From positions 1-64,000 of the forward strand of contig ML978133.1 in assembly GCA_010015805.1 (NCBI GenBank): a stretch of 64,000 bases of DNA, written 5' to 3'. This DNA is from Rhizodiscina lignyota. Taxonomy: Eukaryota. Under the pieces are notes generated by a model, which saw only the letters and a list, made by a program, of their open reading frames with translations, had not been told where the DNA came from and did not search any database. Shown here piece by piece: positions 1-11,940 of the stretch (the first letter of the stretch is position 1; every line of letters starts with the position of its first letter). The translations under genes were made by a program, and so were the position numbers.

Positions 1-2589
1 GGAGACAGGATGTCTCGTATATTGTGAAGAGGCCTTTTCTCTGGCCCTCGATGTCAACTTCATTGCATCCATCTACAGTTCAATACTGCCCGTGCAAGCT
101 GCTCTCTTATTTGAACAGCACCACCAGAAACTCTGCCGCAAGCGTTACTCCCCTGCAATTCGGATTTGACATCCAAGATATCAAGCGATCGGACTGACAA
201 CTTCCCCGTTTCAGACCATCGCCATCTACCAGCTTGACAAAGCAGTCGCATCGCCGGAATACAATCCGACCCTCCCTGCCGAATTTAACGCCCTTGGGCA
301 GGGTTTGAGTGATACTCCGAGCTAGTTCACCGTGTTGACTCCGGTAGGTATCGAATTTATGACAAATGCGACGCAGAGAGTATGGGCTGGCTATGATCGT
401 CGCATCGAGTTGGCCGTGGATATTGGCGTTGGACTGGGCGTGCCGCTGTTGGTAAGGTTGACAGCGGGCTTGACGTGGTGTTGCGCTAGGCGAGGTATTG
501 GATGGCGGAGGATCCTGAGGAAACTATGGTTTTGCAAGTAAGCGAGCCGTTCATATTACTACAGTGAGGCTGTGAGGGAGTTATGAGACCTATGGAAGAG
601 GCCACAAGTGTGAGATGCGGTGACACTGGGAGTTCCAGTTCTGATTCAGTATGATACCAGAGAAATGCAGAGAGAGCTGAAGAGGATATGATGAATTCGA
701 AATCAAACGTTTCGTTGAACTTTTGATATTCGAATGACATCCTGTTTCCACTTATCCGCGGAATATCGGAAGAAACGAATCGGGAAGACACCAAATACAT
801 GGGTCTATTGAATATCTCTTTTGGAACTTGGAATCATGCTCTATAATCGTCTCAGTCGTGGAAGAAGTTCACATCATGATGCTTCTGATGTTATGGTCAT
901 GCCTTGTGATCTTGGATGACACCGTCACGATGCCTGAGCCGGAAGAACGGCACAGAAATGTCGAGTTTAAATGCAATTATAGTTGAAGATAACTACAATA
1001 GAGATCAGAAGACTTTAAATGAAACTCTGGGGTCGATGTTTTTCCTGTGAGCTTCTGGGACTGAATTTGGCACCGTTGAGGTCAAATGACAGACCCCAAG
1101 AGCCCGTGCAACGGCCGCGACGGCCGCAACAACCGGAAGGGAAAATTCCCCTCGTGAAAGTGGAAACAGTCCTATCAGAAGCAGAAAAAGAAGGCTGACG
1201 GCTTGAAATTCACTTTGAAAAGCCTGAGACGAAGACATTGCCGACTTTGACGCTCGTGCTCTTTTCTGTTGAGCCATCGGACTGTATTTATGACAGCCCC
1301 GACTAGGCGAGATGTCTCTGATGGATGCAGCCAAGCATAGAGATCGTATCTTTTGCAAGAGAGAATTGGGCAAGTGTTCCGTCAAATTTCATAGATCATA
1401 CCGGTAGTGATGAACTATTTCCCGGCGAAGAGAGAATTCCACCAGTGGTGGATTTAACTTACGGTGCATGGTTGATAACACCCATACTCCTTAACTCCAC
1501 TGCCCAAGAGCGGTATATGATCAGTCAGCCAGCAGTAATATGCCATGCCTTTGTCATCCCTGCTTCACCCATCTCTACCCGCACTGGTGGGGTGAAGAGT
1601 CGTTGGAGAGGTGCGGAACCTAACCTTTCTGGCATTGGTCTGTCGAATTGTGCTGAAGGAACGTTGTTTTCGCAAGTCAATTTCAGGGATGTCCCTCAGA
1701 TCAAGCATGCAATATTGCCTGAGGAACGACCAGGCTATCACCGCCAGACCGCCGAAGCTTGTCGGAAGCACAAGCGCATCCATCGGGCGGACCGTATGAA
1801 AAGGCGTCGCATCGCTCCCATAGTCCTTCTCTTTCATTTCGTCCGCCGTCTTTCTCTCTTCGGGCCTCTGGTGGAAGCGATTGAAAATCCACAACTTTAA
1901 GATCTGACAGGGACACCATCTGACTCGACACAGCCTTACGGAACCTGCGAACGAGCGGCAGATCGCCCACGCGACCGAGTCAGGGTTCCTTGAGCACGAG
2001 AGGGAATCCGAGGCTCGAATAATCCTGCACGCGCCACAACGTCATCACTCGTGAAGGATTTGAGCAGAGAATAGACGACATTCGCAAGAACAGCTGGAGG
2101 CCAGCATTCTGGGAGCGTCGAACAGAGTCAATTGAGTTCCGGCCGAACAGATTATAAAGGGACTAGTTGCCGCGGAATTTTCAGTGCAACAAGAAGCCGC
2201 AGCACTAAAAATTAAGTAAACAACCCCGTGTACGGACACTCCGAGGCTCGCTCTTCCCTGCTAGTCGTAACGCCGAACGTAGCCTTGACGCCATCTTGCC
2301 GACCTCCCGTCGGCGCGAGCAAGAGCGAAGCTTTCGCTATCTCCATCCCAACGAGAAAGATTTGCAAAGGATCTGGTGACGTAGGGATTCGCTCCACAAT
2401 TTTCTTCATCGATATTATACGCGTCGTCTGCCACCACTGTCGTGCCTCAATTCCGTCTCGCCTGTGGCACCACTCTCTCCAGCTTTACAACCACTGCTAT
2501 AATAGCGCTCTAAATACCAACATCGACTAATAAACATCCACATCCGCTCTCTACACGCCACTATATAAGAGCATACACCAACCGCCAGC

Positions 2590-4511
2590 ATGGACGACGC
2601 AGACAAATTCATGGCGGACGTGGAGCGCGATGCCTCACCAAAACGCGGCCCACCAGGTGTCGAGAGACCAGAACCCCTCGAGCAAGTCGAGTCGCGCGCA
2701 TCCTCAGCCTCCTCATCTTCCTTCGAATCGATCCGCGGCCAAAGAGTACAAAGAGAGCGGCTACCCTCGCAAACAATGTCGCGCGCCGCGACCCAACAAG
2801 ACAATATCTCCGGCCTCGAGCGCAATGCCACAGTCATGTCGCGTATCGAGACGCAACGCACACAGCACTCCCAAACCGTGGGTATGAGCATCAAGAGCCG
2901 GAAGAGCACAAAGCCGTTGCCGACAATGGGAAATGAGAAGCCATACCCTCCACCATTGCCAGAGCGAGAAGAGTACGTGGTCGAGTTCGATGGCGAGAAC
3001 GATCCGCTTCACGCTCAGAATTGGCCTATGAGAAAGAAGCTGGCGGTTGCTGCGATGCTGGGTTTCACAACGTTCGTAGCGGCGTTTGGCAGCAGTATTT
3101 TCTCGAGCGCGATCGGGGTGGTGAGTGTAAAATTTGGCGTTTCGGCGGAGGTGGGCACTCTTGGAGTATCGTTGTACGTCCTGGGTTTCGCGACAGGTCA
3201 GTATTGGATCCACTGTTGCATGGTAAATACAGAAGCTGATGTCCTACAGGTCCTATTCTTTGGGCTCCATTCTCCGAACTTTACGGCCGCCGATTACCCC
3301 TTCTTATCTCCACGTTTGGTTTTGGCGTCTTCTCGATCGGCGTGGCGGTTGGTAAAGATCTCCAAACCGTGCTCATCTGCCGCTTCTGGGCCGGTTTCTT
3401 CGGCGCCTGCCCGCTCGCTGTCGTTGCAGCCGTCTTCTCAGATATGTTCAACGCTCGAGTCCGTGGCTTGGCAATCACCGTCTTCTCTATCATGGTTTTC
3501 TCCGGTCCGCTCATGGCACCCTTCATTGGCGGCTTCATCACCACCAGCTACCTCGGCTGGCGCTGGACTGAGTACCTCGTCGCAATCATTGGCTTCTTCT
3601 GCTTCATCGTGAACCTCTTCTTCCTTGAAGAGACATATCCGCCCGTCATCCTCGTCTCAAAGGCTGCTGAACTCCGCCGCAGGACCAAGAACTGGGGCAT
3701 TCACGCTAAACAGGAGGAAATCGAAATCGATCTCCGCGAGCTCCTCGAGAAGAACTTCAGCCGTCCGCTGCGTATGCTTGTCACCGAGCCCATCGTTTTG
3801 CTCATCTCCATCTACATGGCATTCGTGTACGGACTGCTGTACCTCTTCCTCACCGCATATCCGATCGTCTTCCAACGGATCCACGGCATGAACCCGGGAG
3901 TCGGCGGTCTTCCCTTCTTCGGCATGATTACGGGCGAATTGCTAGCCGGCGTGATGATCGCGATCCGCCAACCAGGCTATCAGAAGAAACTCGCCGCCAA
4001 CAACGGCGTCCCGATTCCCGAGTGGCGTCTCCCCGAAGTCATTGCCGGTGGCGTTGCCTTCTCCGCCGGTTTGTTCTGGTTCGCGTGGACGGGCTGGAAA
4101 GAATCCATCCACTGGATCGTGCCCACTCTGTCTGGCCTGCTCACCGGCTTCGGCATCATGTCCATCTTCCTGCAGTCCCTCAACTACCTCGTCGACGCGT
4201 ATCTCTTCTTCGCCGCGTCTGCAATCGCAGCAAACACCTTCCTCCGATCGCTGTGTGGTGCTATCTTCCCGCTCTTCGCGACATACATGTTCGATGGCAT
4301 GGGCGTCCAGTGGGCGGGCACGCTGCTTGGCTGTGTCGCTGGCATCCTGGTCCCCGTACCAATATGGTTTTACCTTCGCGGTGGCAAGATCAGGGAGAAG
4401 AGTCAATTTGCGCCCACCTTTGGTCCGAAGCAGCCGTTGCAGGTGGAGAGCAATGGCGAGGCAGACGCCAATGGGCTAACGGGAGAGAAGAAGGGCGATA
4501 TGAATGTATAA
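2590..4511 (+). CDS. MFS transporter, DHA1 (drug:H+ antiporter) family; 2 exons, intron 3197-3249
   Basis: ORFs 2590-3612 and 3342-4511 join through a GTCAGT...GCTGAT...CAG intron, restoring GFATGPILWAPFSELYGRR. Also has DHA1-typical VEFDGENDPLHAQNWP, WRW and EETY motifs and many hydrophobic helices. Confidence 0.93.
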
Positions 4512-4949
4512 TGAAAAGAACTGAAGGAACGAAAGCGGGTGTATTAATGTTTATAATGATGGCAAGGTGGTGTTAAGGTTCTGATGTGCATTGCTATTGG
4601 ATTATTGGTGCTGATGTGGACGTGTAAGCAATTCCGTCAGCACAGATCAATGAGATTCTCACAAGCGAGCGTTTGGCTGTTTGGACTTTTGAACAGTTGA
4701 GAAAGGATATTTGATGCTCGCATTTACGATTATCATCTTGAGAAGATTGTATTACTGCGAATTGAAAGACGTGCGGTCGCAAATCAGCCTGCTTCAGGGT
4801 TGAGTGGCACCGCATCGTCATTTCCTGAGAAATTCAGAGATTTGCTATTCACGGAACTCAATGCTTTCTGTGACATTTCATTGGAGCTAAAGGTTACAAT
4901 ATAATGTGTAAAATGCAGAAATCAATCCATTTACAAGAAAACGAATGCC

Positions 4950-6752
4950 CTACGCGGACTTCTTCAGCGTCGTCCGCCAAGCAGGCAGGTCAACCGTCTC
5001 AGCCTTTCCATCGCAATCGACATGGAAGACCAAGTAGTGCGTCGCAATGCCGCCATATTGCTGGGCATCCACACCTATCCAGTCCCCGTCCACAAATGTG
5101 GAGAAGAGGCCACTGACCGCTTTGTTTCCGCTTGGCGGGTCGGCAGTATTGACCAACCTGAACGCCATCTTGCCAGTTTCGGGAGCTTGAATCGAAGGGA
5201 CAGCTCGGAGAGAGAGGAACGATGAAAAAATACCATCTGGTGCAATAAGGTCGGTGCCGTTGCTTATCCAAGACGTTATCGCCAGGCCTGGTGCAGCACC
5301 CTCCGTCTTGTTTACAGTCAGAGTCAACGAGGAGTTCAGCCCTTCCACGGTGGAAGTGTACTCTCCCGCGTAGTTGCTCCCAACTTCAGCCATAGCCTGC
5401 TCTGTGATAGCGGGGAGGATGGAGTCTGTGACGGTGTCCGCAATCGTTGTGATGATGTCCAAGATACCCGTGTAGGTACTGGCACCAAGGATGCTGAAAC
5501 CGGCGTCATAGTCTGGCAACAGGACGAACCAACTGCTGTAAGCGCCCGACTGGCCAGACTTAGTGTAGAGATCGGTAACTACACCATTGGGGTGCACGTA
5601 GCGCATGATCTCCCAAGGTCGCCCCACAGAGTAGTGTATGTCTGCTGTGTGCGAAAAGGGCTTCAGCCACCTGCGCGTCTGGGCGTCCGACATGAGTTTC
5701 GAGTCGAGGATTCCGAGTCCCAGCTTTGCAAGGTCCGAAGTCGTTGATAGCAGTCCTCCAGTGGCAACATTGATCCCGGCATCAATGTCGAAATTTGTAT
5801 AGTCGCCCGGAATTACGGAGCGATACCACAACGATTCAGGAGGGGTAGACGAATTGGAGGATGACATGCCAAGGGGACCGAAGATGCTCTCCTGGTACAG
5901 TTGGGTCATATTTTTGCCAGTGAGGTGGGATATGGCAAGGCCGAGTGAGGCAAAGCCGTTGTCTGAATATCCTGGGCTTGTAAATGGCAAGAAGCTTGGA
6001 TGTCGGTCCTCGAGGCCCGCGATCCACTGAGATTCCCCACAAGTGGGTACTAAACATGGTGGAAACGCCAGTGGATCATTTGTAGGTACGGGTGGAAACC
6101 CTTCCTCAATGAGGTCTGGGACAGCCTGCTTGTCACCACCCAAGACCAGCTCGATTTCAGCTGTTGCTAGAAGGTCGCTCTCAGGCCAGGCGTCGCGTGG
6201 AACTCCTCCAATTTGAGCCGAGAGAGCGAGGGGGGTGATCTTATCCCATTCAACTGTGTATACAGGGTCCTTCTCTCCCGGGTTCTTCTTGGAATAGTCG
6301 CGAAGCGCAGGGACGATGTCAGAAAGAGGGCGACTCCAATCCGTCTCGTTCAAATTCAGGAGGCCTGCCAGGACGGTGAAGACCTTTGTGACGCTAGCAA
6401 TGCGGTAAATGCTGTCTGAATCTACCTTGTGGGTGCCGTTTGCTGCATTCGCGACCTCGGGAGACGTGTAGTGGAATTGAAGGTCCGTGGCAGCTGGATC
6501 GTGTAGCGAGAACATGCCAACTGAAAAAGTCACGTTCCACATTGAAGAGATGCCATCTGAAACAGTCGTGCTTTTGTTGCCACTATCGATGTATTTCTGA
6601 AGCACTGCGGTGGTATTCTTCCATGCCGCAGGAATCAGGCTTTTCTTGCTGGTGAGGTCGTGGGGTGCAGGGTAGCTTGGTCCTGTGAAGTCGGCAAGGA
6701 CAGATGCGAGGGTTAATGGGACAAGAAAGAGAGTATGAAGTGAAAGTCGCAT
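4950..6752 (-). CDS. Secreted beta-lactamase/transpeptidase-fold serine hydrolase (alkaline D-peptidase-like)
   Basis: Signal-peptide-like start MRLSLHTLFLVPLTLASVLA at ATG 6752. SxxK (RIASVTK), Y-S-D in place of YxN, IFGPLGM, and KSG triad (YTKSG). Confidence 0.88.
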   Translation of the reverse strand: MRLSLHTLFLVPLTLASVLADFTGPSYPAPHDLTSKKSLIPAAWKNTTAVLQKYIDSGNKSTTVSDGISSMWNVTFSVGMFSLHDPAATDLQFHYTSPEVANAANGTHKVDSDSIYRIASVTKVFTVLAGLLNLNETDWSRPLSDIVPALRDYSKKNPGEKDPVYTVEWDKITPLALSAQIGGVPRDAWPESDLLATAEIELVLGGDKQAVPDLIEEGFPPVPTNDPLAFPPCLVPTCGESQWIAGLEDRHPSFLPFTSPGYSDNGFASLGLAISHLTGKNMTQLYQESIFGPLGMSSSNSSTPPESLWYRSVIPGDYTNFDIDAGINVATGGLLSTTSDLAKLGLGILDSKLMSDAQTRRWLKPFSHTADIHYSVGRPWEIMRYVHPNGVVTDLYTKSGQSGAYSSWFVLLPDYDAGFSILGASTYTGILDIITTIADTVTDSILPAITEQAMAEVGSNYAGEYTSTVEGLNSSLTLTVNKTEGAAPGLAITSWISNGTDLIAPDGIFSSFLSLRAVPSIQAPETGKMAFRLVNTADPPSGNKAVSGLFSTFVDGDWIGVDAQQYGGIATHYLVFHVDCDGKAETVDLPAWRTTLKKSA

Positions 6753-7889
6753 CTTGGAGACTTTGAGATTGATGTGTATGAGGAAGATTATGAAGCTCAA
6801 TGTCTTCCACTATACCCAAGTGCTGGACATGCTCTCATTTATGTACCTACTTTACATTAACTGCAGAGCCTCCACGAACTTGGAGGGGAAAATCGAGCGC
6901 TGTGCGGCGAATGACGAAATGGCTGTGCGCTGCAACCCACTTGACGCCAGGAATCCGCCTTGAAGCACCATCGCGCTGTGCTGTGCACAGCTTGAGGAAG
7001 TCTTGACGGAGCAAAACGAAGCGCTGTATGATGAAAGCGAGGTCAAAACGTGGCTTAGTGTGTGCTCGCGCTAACCCTGATTTGGTCGTATGAAGCGCTC
7101 CGTATTTTGACGGCTTGGCCACCCCCCTGCGAAATGGATTGTCGTTTCGTTCCTACGCTCGTATTTTGATCCTCTTGTCTGCAATGTCCACAGCCACAGA
7201 TCGTTAAATGACGATGAAGGCAGTAGGCACTGAAAGATCTTCAGCCCTATATCAAGAGTCTCTCCGCTACGGACGAAAGCCATTGTCGACAAGGCACTCC
7301 GCACAGCTCATTAACTACCTAATTGGAAAGATCATCATCAAGTTCCTGGGTATGCAGTTAATCCGAGAAGAGTTAAGCCCGCGTGCTTGTATTCGTGGAG
7401 CTTCTAATAATACTCATTCAGTACTGTGTTGACTTGCCAGCGGCGAGAACGATCCTTAAGCTTCTCCAGCCTTATCTTTTATTCAATTTTGATGGCGATT
7501 CGACGGAAATGTACCAGAATACTCCTCCATCCACACTTTTGAGTCCAGAATGCGGTAGCGTGAACCTTCATGGTCGAGCTTCGAGCGTGGTTCGTTTGCG
7601 TCCATTGTGAAAAGGGCCTCCGGAGCCAGGCTTCGATTGTCTCGTTCTGTTTTCTTCACATCCTCAAACTGCAGTACTTTGAAGGCTCACACAGCATTTG
7701 AATATGTCATATTAATGTAGGTACTACACAAGTACCTCTGCAAACACGTTCCAGTATCATCCATTGCGGATACCAGTAAGCAAATCCTGTGGGAAAGAAG
7801 TTAGCAGGTCCCCTGGCCACTCCCCTTTCCATGGAGCTTGTGAAGAATTGAATAAAGAGCTTGAGCGTACATACCTTTCTCGTCTCCTT

Positions 7890-8306
7890 TCACTTTTCGG
7901 TCACTTGCTTGCCCGGGTACTTATCGCATTGAGTCTTGAGGTGATGAAGCAATCGCCACTGAGGGAACATCCTTCCTTTGCCAAAGTACTTTCCCCAGAC
8001 GGGTGGAGGATCCGGGAGGTGAGTGCGGCACTTGGGACAAATCTTGCGTGCATTGTCGACAAGTTTCTCGTGTACTTCCACACACCGCTTCTCATGCTGG
8101 CGAGGCTTCGTCCAGGTTCCGAACTCTCCGCATCCAACACAAAGCTGTACCAAGTGGCCCTGCAGATGGTTGAATCCAGAATAATCGGACTTGAGAGTTT
8201 CGGTGCAGCACGGGCAGGTTGCTGTAGGGAAATAGTAAGCAGGCTTGCTGGTCTTCTTCGCCTTCGTCTTTCCGCCTCCACCTTCCTTGTCTTTGCTCGC
8301 GTCCAT
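7890..8306 (-). CDS. Small orphan zinc-finger-like protein (one C2H2 and two C2HC-like motifs)
   Basis: From ATG 8306: Lys-rich N-terminus, CPCC-x12-H-x3-H, CVGC-x11-H-x3-C, CPKC...HHLKTQC. Start and any upstream exon are uncertain. Confidence 0.45.
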   Translation of the reverse strand: MDASKDKEGGGGKTKAKKTSKPAYYFPTATCPCCTETLKSDYSGFNHLQGHLVQLCVGCGEFGTWTKPRQHEKRCVEVHEKLVDNARKICPKCRTHLPDPPPVWGKYFGKGRMFPQWRLLHHLKTQCDKYPGKQVTEK

Positions 8307-8429
8307 CTCGAAATGCAGCACCTCAGGAGGAAGGTGGTGTTTTCCTGGAGTGCATTGTTTGAAAGAGAAATCTACACGGGAGAAAAAAAAGCTATAAACA
8401 TTGTGCGGTGCTGACGTCTGTGGCGTTGG

Positions 8430-8460
8430 CTAACACTACCTAACACTACCTAACACTTCC
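8430..8460. repeat. 10-bp tandem repeat (CTAACACTAC), about 3 copies
   Basis: taacactacc taacactacc taacacttcc seen directly. Confidence 0.85.
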
Positions 8461-8742
8461 ATCACTGCTCGTAATTTCCCATATTCACGTGCCCTGGGTG
8501 TGTGCTTGGTCAATGCTGCAAGCACTTCACTTGCCTCCCTACAGCATGGTTTCACTTGCTCGTTGCTCATAGTTACGGCCAACCTCGCACCGCACTCGCG
8601 GATGCCCTCACGCGGAAATGCCTCAACGTGCATAGCGAGCTGGTGGAGGAGCCGGTCGTCTCAGCAGCACACTCAGTTTACTCTTCATAATCGCGAGGGT
8701 AACAAACTTATCATCCACCGCGCGACCTGTAACGCTGAATGG

Positions 8743-9118
8743 CGAGTAGCTCTTATACTTCAAAGTAAGTGAGACTATCTCTGAAAGTTTAGGCCTACGT
8801 TCTTTGGGGTGTATATCAAAGAAACAGAGACTACCTCTGAAGGTTTAGTTCTGCGTTCTTTGGAGTGTATACGATAAAACCAACAGCGTTGGAAACTTCA
8901 ATGTTTTATTAACCATCGAGGCTATACGCTATAGCGGCTGGGCAAGCTGAAATATCCTAGGACGAGTAGCTCTTATAGCTCAAGGCTAGTGAGTGCATAT
9001 GTAAAATGGCAGTCCTACGTGCTTTAGAGTATATATAACTTATGACAAACTGATAGAAAACTTCAACACTTCATTAATTAGAGAGGCTCCACCTCATAGT
9101 TATTCAGAGACTTGAAAC
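8743..9118. repeat. Degenerate tandem duplication (about 163-bp unit; first copy has an internal 57-bp duplication)
   Basis: cgagtagctcttata at 8743 and 8963. gagacta(t/c)ctctgaa(a/g)gtttag at 8771 and 8828. The aaacttcaa...ttaa...gaggct...tgaaa blocks recur in both units. Confidence 0.75.
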
Positions 9119-9624
9119 TTGTGGTAAACCATTTCATCATCCTCGAGAACGCCCGTGTCACCAGTTGTCATCTTCAAGTATGGGGGAGGAGGGTCCTACG
9201 CGGTGCTCGGGTCTGGGTACTTCTTTTCCATTTTGACTTGATGTCGAGTGACTCGCTGGCACGCTGGTCCTGGACTCGCAAGTTGAGATGATTCGCTTCC
9301 ACTGCTGCTAAGTGGTGAAGATTCATGATGATATAGCCCTCAAACTAATGTAAGAAGAGGAAAAAGATTTGGGATGAAGGCCAACCGTGAAGTTGTTGTG
9401 AGATGGAAGGTTGTTGCTTGCAGGGAAGCAGTTTATATGCGCGGACCATTCCGAAGCCTCCAAGGTGAGTCTAATCAGCCGGATAAAAGAAAAGTTATTC
9501 ACGGGAGAGAAATGGCAAGTGGATAAATATATTTCATTGATTGCCGTGTTTGTTCTCGCGCTTGTACAACTCCTGAGCCCAGCCCAGCCACCACCGCCCA
9601 CCGCCATCTCCAGCACTCAGTTGT

Positions 9625-9963
9625 TCAACAGGTCGATATTTCGGCGGTGACTCTACTGAGCGATTTCATGTGTGTGATGGCAGGCTGGATGTTCCGGGGG
9701 AAGCGAACCTGGCTCGCCGACCGGTACAGAATGATGGGGACGTAGAGCTTTGTGATGAAGTGCACTGGTAGTGCAGTTATGCATGGCGCCACATGCCGAA
9801 GAGCGTTGGAGAATGGGAGGTCAAGTTCGTTCCTCTCGTAGAGCGTGGCCATGGCTTCGTCGTAGATTTGCGTGCACGCGCGAAGATGGCAAAAGCCGTG
9901 ACTCGGCAAAGGAGAGAACTGAAATGCTGCTGCCTCCAGCGGTTTTAGCTTAGAAGTGAGCAA
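9625..9963 (-). pseudogene. Probable decayed member of the F-box-like family seen at 23665 and 28294
   Basis: LRACTQIYDEAMATLYERN matches LSSCRQVYKEGLDVLYGQT and LATCKQVYNEGTAALYKLT of the two intact paralogs. No ATG start, an upstream RFLAIP is out of frame, and the ORF stops early. Confidence 0.4.
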
Positions 9964-10185
9964 GACAGTGGATGTATGCTCTTATTGAGGAAAGTTTGGA
10001 AGCTCGAGCAACGAGTAAATCGCACACATTCTTCAGTGTGCCAGTCCAGGGCAATGGAATTGCCAGAAATCGCTAGGTAGTCCTGTCAAGCATATCAAAT
10101 AACGCCATCGCTATGCATACCATGTCCAAGTCCCGTAAATATGCACTCCATCGAATGCTGTCCATCGGCCATCAATATCACTTCA

Positions 10186-11940
10186 TCATTTTGCCGCGCC
10201 GTTCTCAAGCTTCTGCTTCTTCACTGGCAGACTTGGCACCTTGAAACCTGCCTCATCCACCTTTCCGCCGCCATTCTGCTGTGGCATGGTACTGGGGCCG
10301 CCCCCAACCTGAGTGAATGTTCCGCTCTTAAACCACCTGTCCTCCTCTGCCTTCCTCTTCCTGCCCATCTCCGCCCTCACCTTCGGATCCACGAGCTCAA
10401 GCCCCTGTACCGGCGTGAAACTGATACTACTCTGCGTACCGGCAGCTCCAGCTTCCCCACTGCCAACACCGTGTGTTCTCAATCCATGCTTGGCAAGCAC
10501 TGAGCCAGTTCCTGGCCCTTGTCCAAAGCCACGAAGAGAAGAGGCCGCTCCACCGACGGGCGTCGCGCCGCCCCATCCCGGATTCTTCTTCGAGAGCTTA
10601 GCCTTGGTGCGCTGATCGACCTGCAACGCACGAATATTGCCCTCGTTCTGCTGGCCGATCATGCCGAGGCCCTTGGTTCCCTCGCCGGTGCCGTAGCCCA
10701 CTTCCGCCTCCTCTTTACCAAACGCCATCCTATTTTGCGCTTTGCGGAGATCCGTCATGGCGTATGCTTCCTTCGCTTTTCTGACTCGCCTTCCGCCACG
10801 CTTTCGAGACGGCTTGTCATCAGGAGCTGGAAGAGCACGTGGTCCCTTGTTCGGCGGAGGCTCGGTCAACTTGTCCAGTCTGTCGAGGCATTGTTGTTTC
10901 AGCTGCTCGCCTATTGCGCCGCCGGTATCATTTCCGCCGTAGTCGACTCGAGCAGCGAGTACTATCTTCGCAGACACGATGCGCATGGCTTGCTGCTTCA
11001 AGTCGCTGGGGATGCCTCTGATGATTGGAGAATTGTAGAGATAGCCTTGATGTCTGACGGGGCCGACGTTCGTTGCGAATGCACCGTGGGTTTCACGCGT
11101 GCTGCCTAACGCTGCAATGTTTGATGAAGGGGTCTTTGCGAGACCCATAAGGCCGCCTGCGACATTGAGCAGTTGAGCAGCAGTGAGAGAGCCGATCAGA
11201 ATGGTGAGATTGGGCGCGAAGATGTTCATGCGAGACTGGACATAGTCTGTAAGGATGTGCTTTGCCCGGTCAAGGTCCAGCGATTGCTGGCACGCCTTTC
11301 GTATAAGCGAGAGTTCTGAATCTGATAGAGATGCGCCCTTGGAAGTTGTCGCTTCGACCGTGACGACCATAAGAGTTGGCCCATCAAGGACAGTATTGAG
11401 GGGTGCTTGTACGATGTTGTCGGCGGAGGCGGACAGCGATTTCACATTGTCCATAGGGCCATTGCCAATGATTGCAACAGTTTTCGCATATTGTAGTGGA
11501 TTTTTGACGAGTGTCTCCAACTCGGGGAACCGCGTGGAGTAGTGATCGCGTATGAACTTGTGCAGCTGCACAATCTCGTTATCGATTTGCGTGGAGAGGG
11601 AGTTCGACTTGGTCAGGAGGGTGTATTCGGGGTCCTCTTCGATGCGGCCCATGGACACGGGTACGGCAGCGGCGTTCTGGAACTTCTCTATTTGCTCCAG
11701 TATCGGCTTGAGGGTCGCATTGAGACCTGTCGATGGTATTGTGCCTTTTGGGAGAGCCTCCATTGCAGCTTTTTCTTCTTCATCTTCATCCTCATCTTGC
11801 ATGCCTGTGTCCTCGTCCGCTTGCTCTCCCTCCAGCTCTGCATCGCCGCCTTCTTCGTTTGCGCCATCTTCTACCTCTTCCTCCAACTCCTCATCGGAGG
11901 CTTCGAGATCGGCGAGAAGCTCGTCTGCGACTGTCGCCAT
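10186..11940 (-). CDS. PRP31: U4/U6.U5 tri-snRNP protein Prp31 (Nop domain); intronless
   Basis: MATVADELLADL start, HKFIRDHYSTRFPELETL, YVQSRMNIFAPNL, RKRGGRRVRKAKE, TDLRKAQNRMAFGKEE, FTPVQGLEL. Confidence 0.96.
   Translation of the reverse strand: MATVADELLADLEASDEELEEEVEDGANEEGGDAELEGEQADEDTGMQDEDEDEEEKAAMEALPKGTIPSTGLNATLKPILEQIEKFQNAAAVPVSMGRIEEDPEYTLLTKSNSLSTQIDNEIVQLHKFIRDHYSTRFPELETLVKNPLQYAKTVAIIGNGPMDNVKSLSASADNIVQAPLNTVLDGPTLMVVTVEATTSKGASLSDSELSLIRKACQQSLDLDRAKHILTDYVQSRMNIFAPNLTILIGSLTAAQLLNVAGGLMGLAKTPSSNIAALGSTRETHGAFATNVGPVRHQGYLYNSPIIRGIPSDLKQQAMRIVSAKIVLAARVDYGGNDTGGAIGEQLKQQCLDRLDKLTEPPPNKGPRALPAPDDKPSRKRGGRRVRKAKEAYAMTDLRKAQNRMAFGKEEAEVGYGTGEGTKGLGMIGQQNEGNIRALQVDQRTKAKLSKKNPGWGGATPVGGAASSLRGFGQGPGTGSVLAKHGLRTHGVGSGEAGAAGTQSSISFTPVQGLELVDPKVRAEMGRKRKAEEDRWFKSGTFTQVGGGPSTMPQQNGGGKVDEAGFKVPSLPVKKQKLENGAAK

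Noticed and set aside
1..2500. Short ORFs on both strands (e.g. 1325-1900 +, 1565-1894 -, 1005-1385 -, 486-800 -)
   Set aside because: No recognisable motif and no consistent splice path. May be a decayed gene but cannot be supported.
4950..6752. Horizontally acquired bacterial antibiotic-resistance beta-lactamase
   Set aside because: Length, signal peptide and C-terminal extension fit the widespread fungal family. Nothing in the sequence points to recent transfer.
7764..8414. 216-aa plus-strand ORF
   Set aside because: TTG start and no motifs. It is antisense to the ORF with zinc-finger spacing.
8743..9118. CRISPR-like repeat-spacer array
   Set aside because: Eukaryotic context, repeats are long and diverged, spacers are homologous rather than unique, and no cas genes are present.
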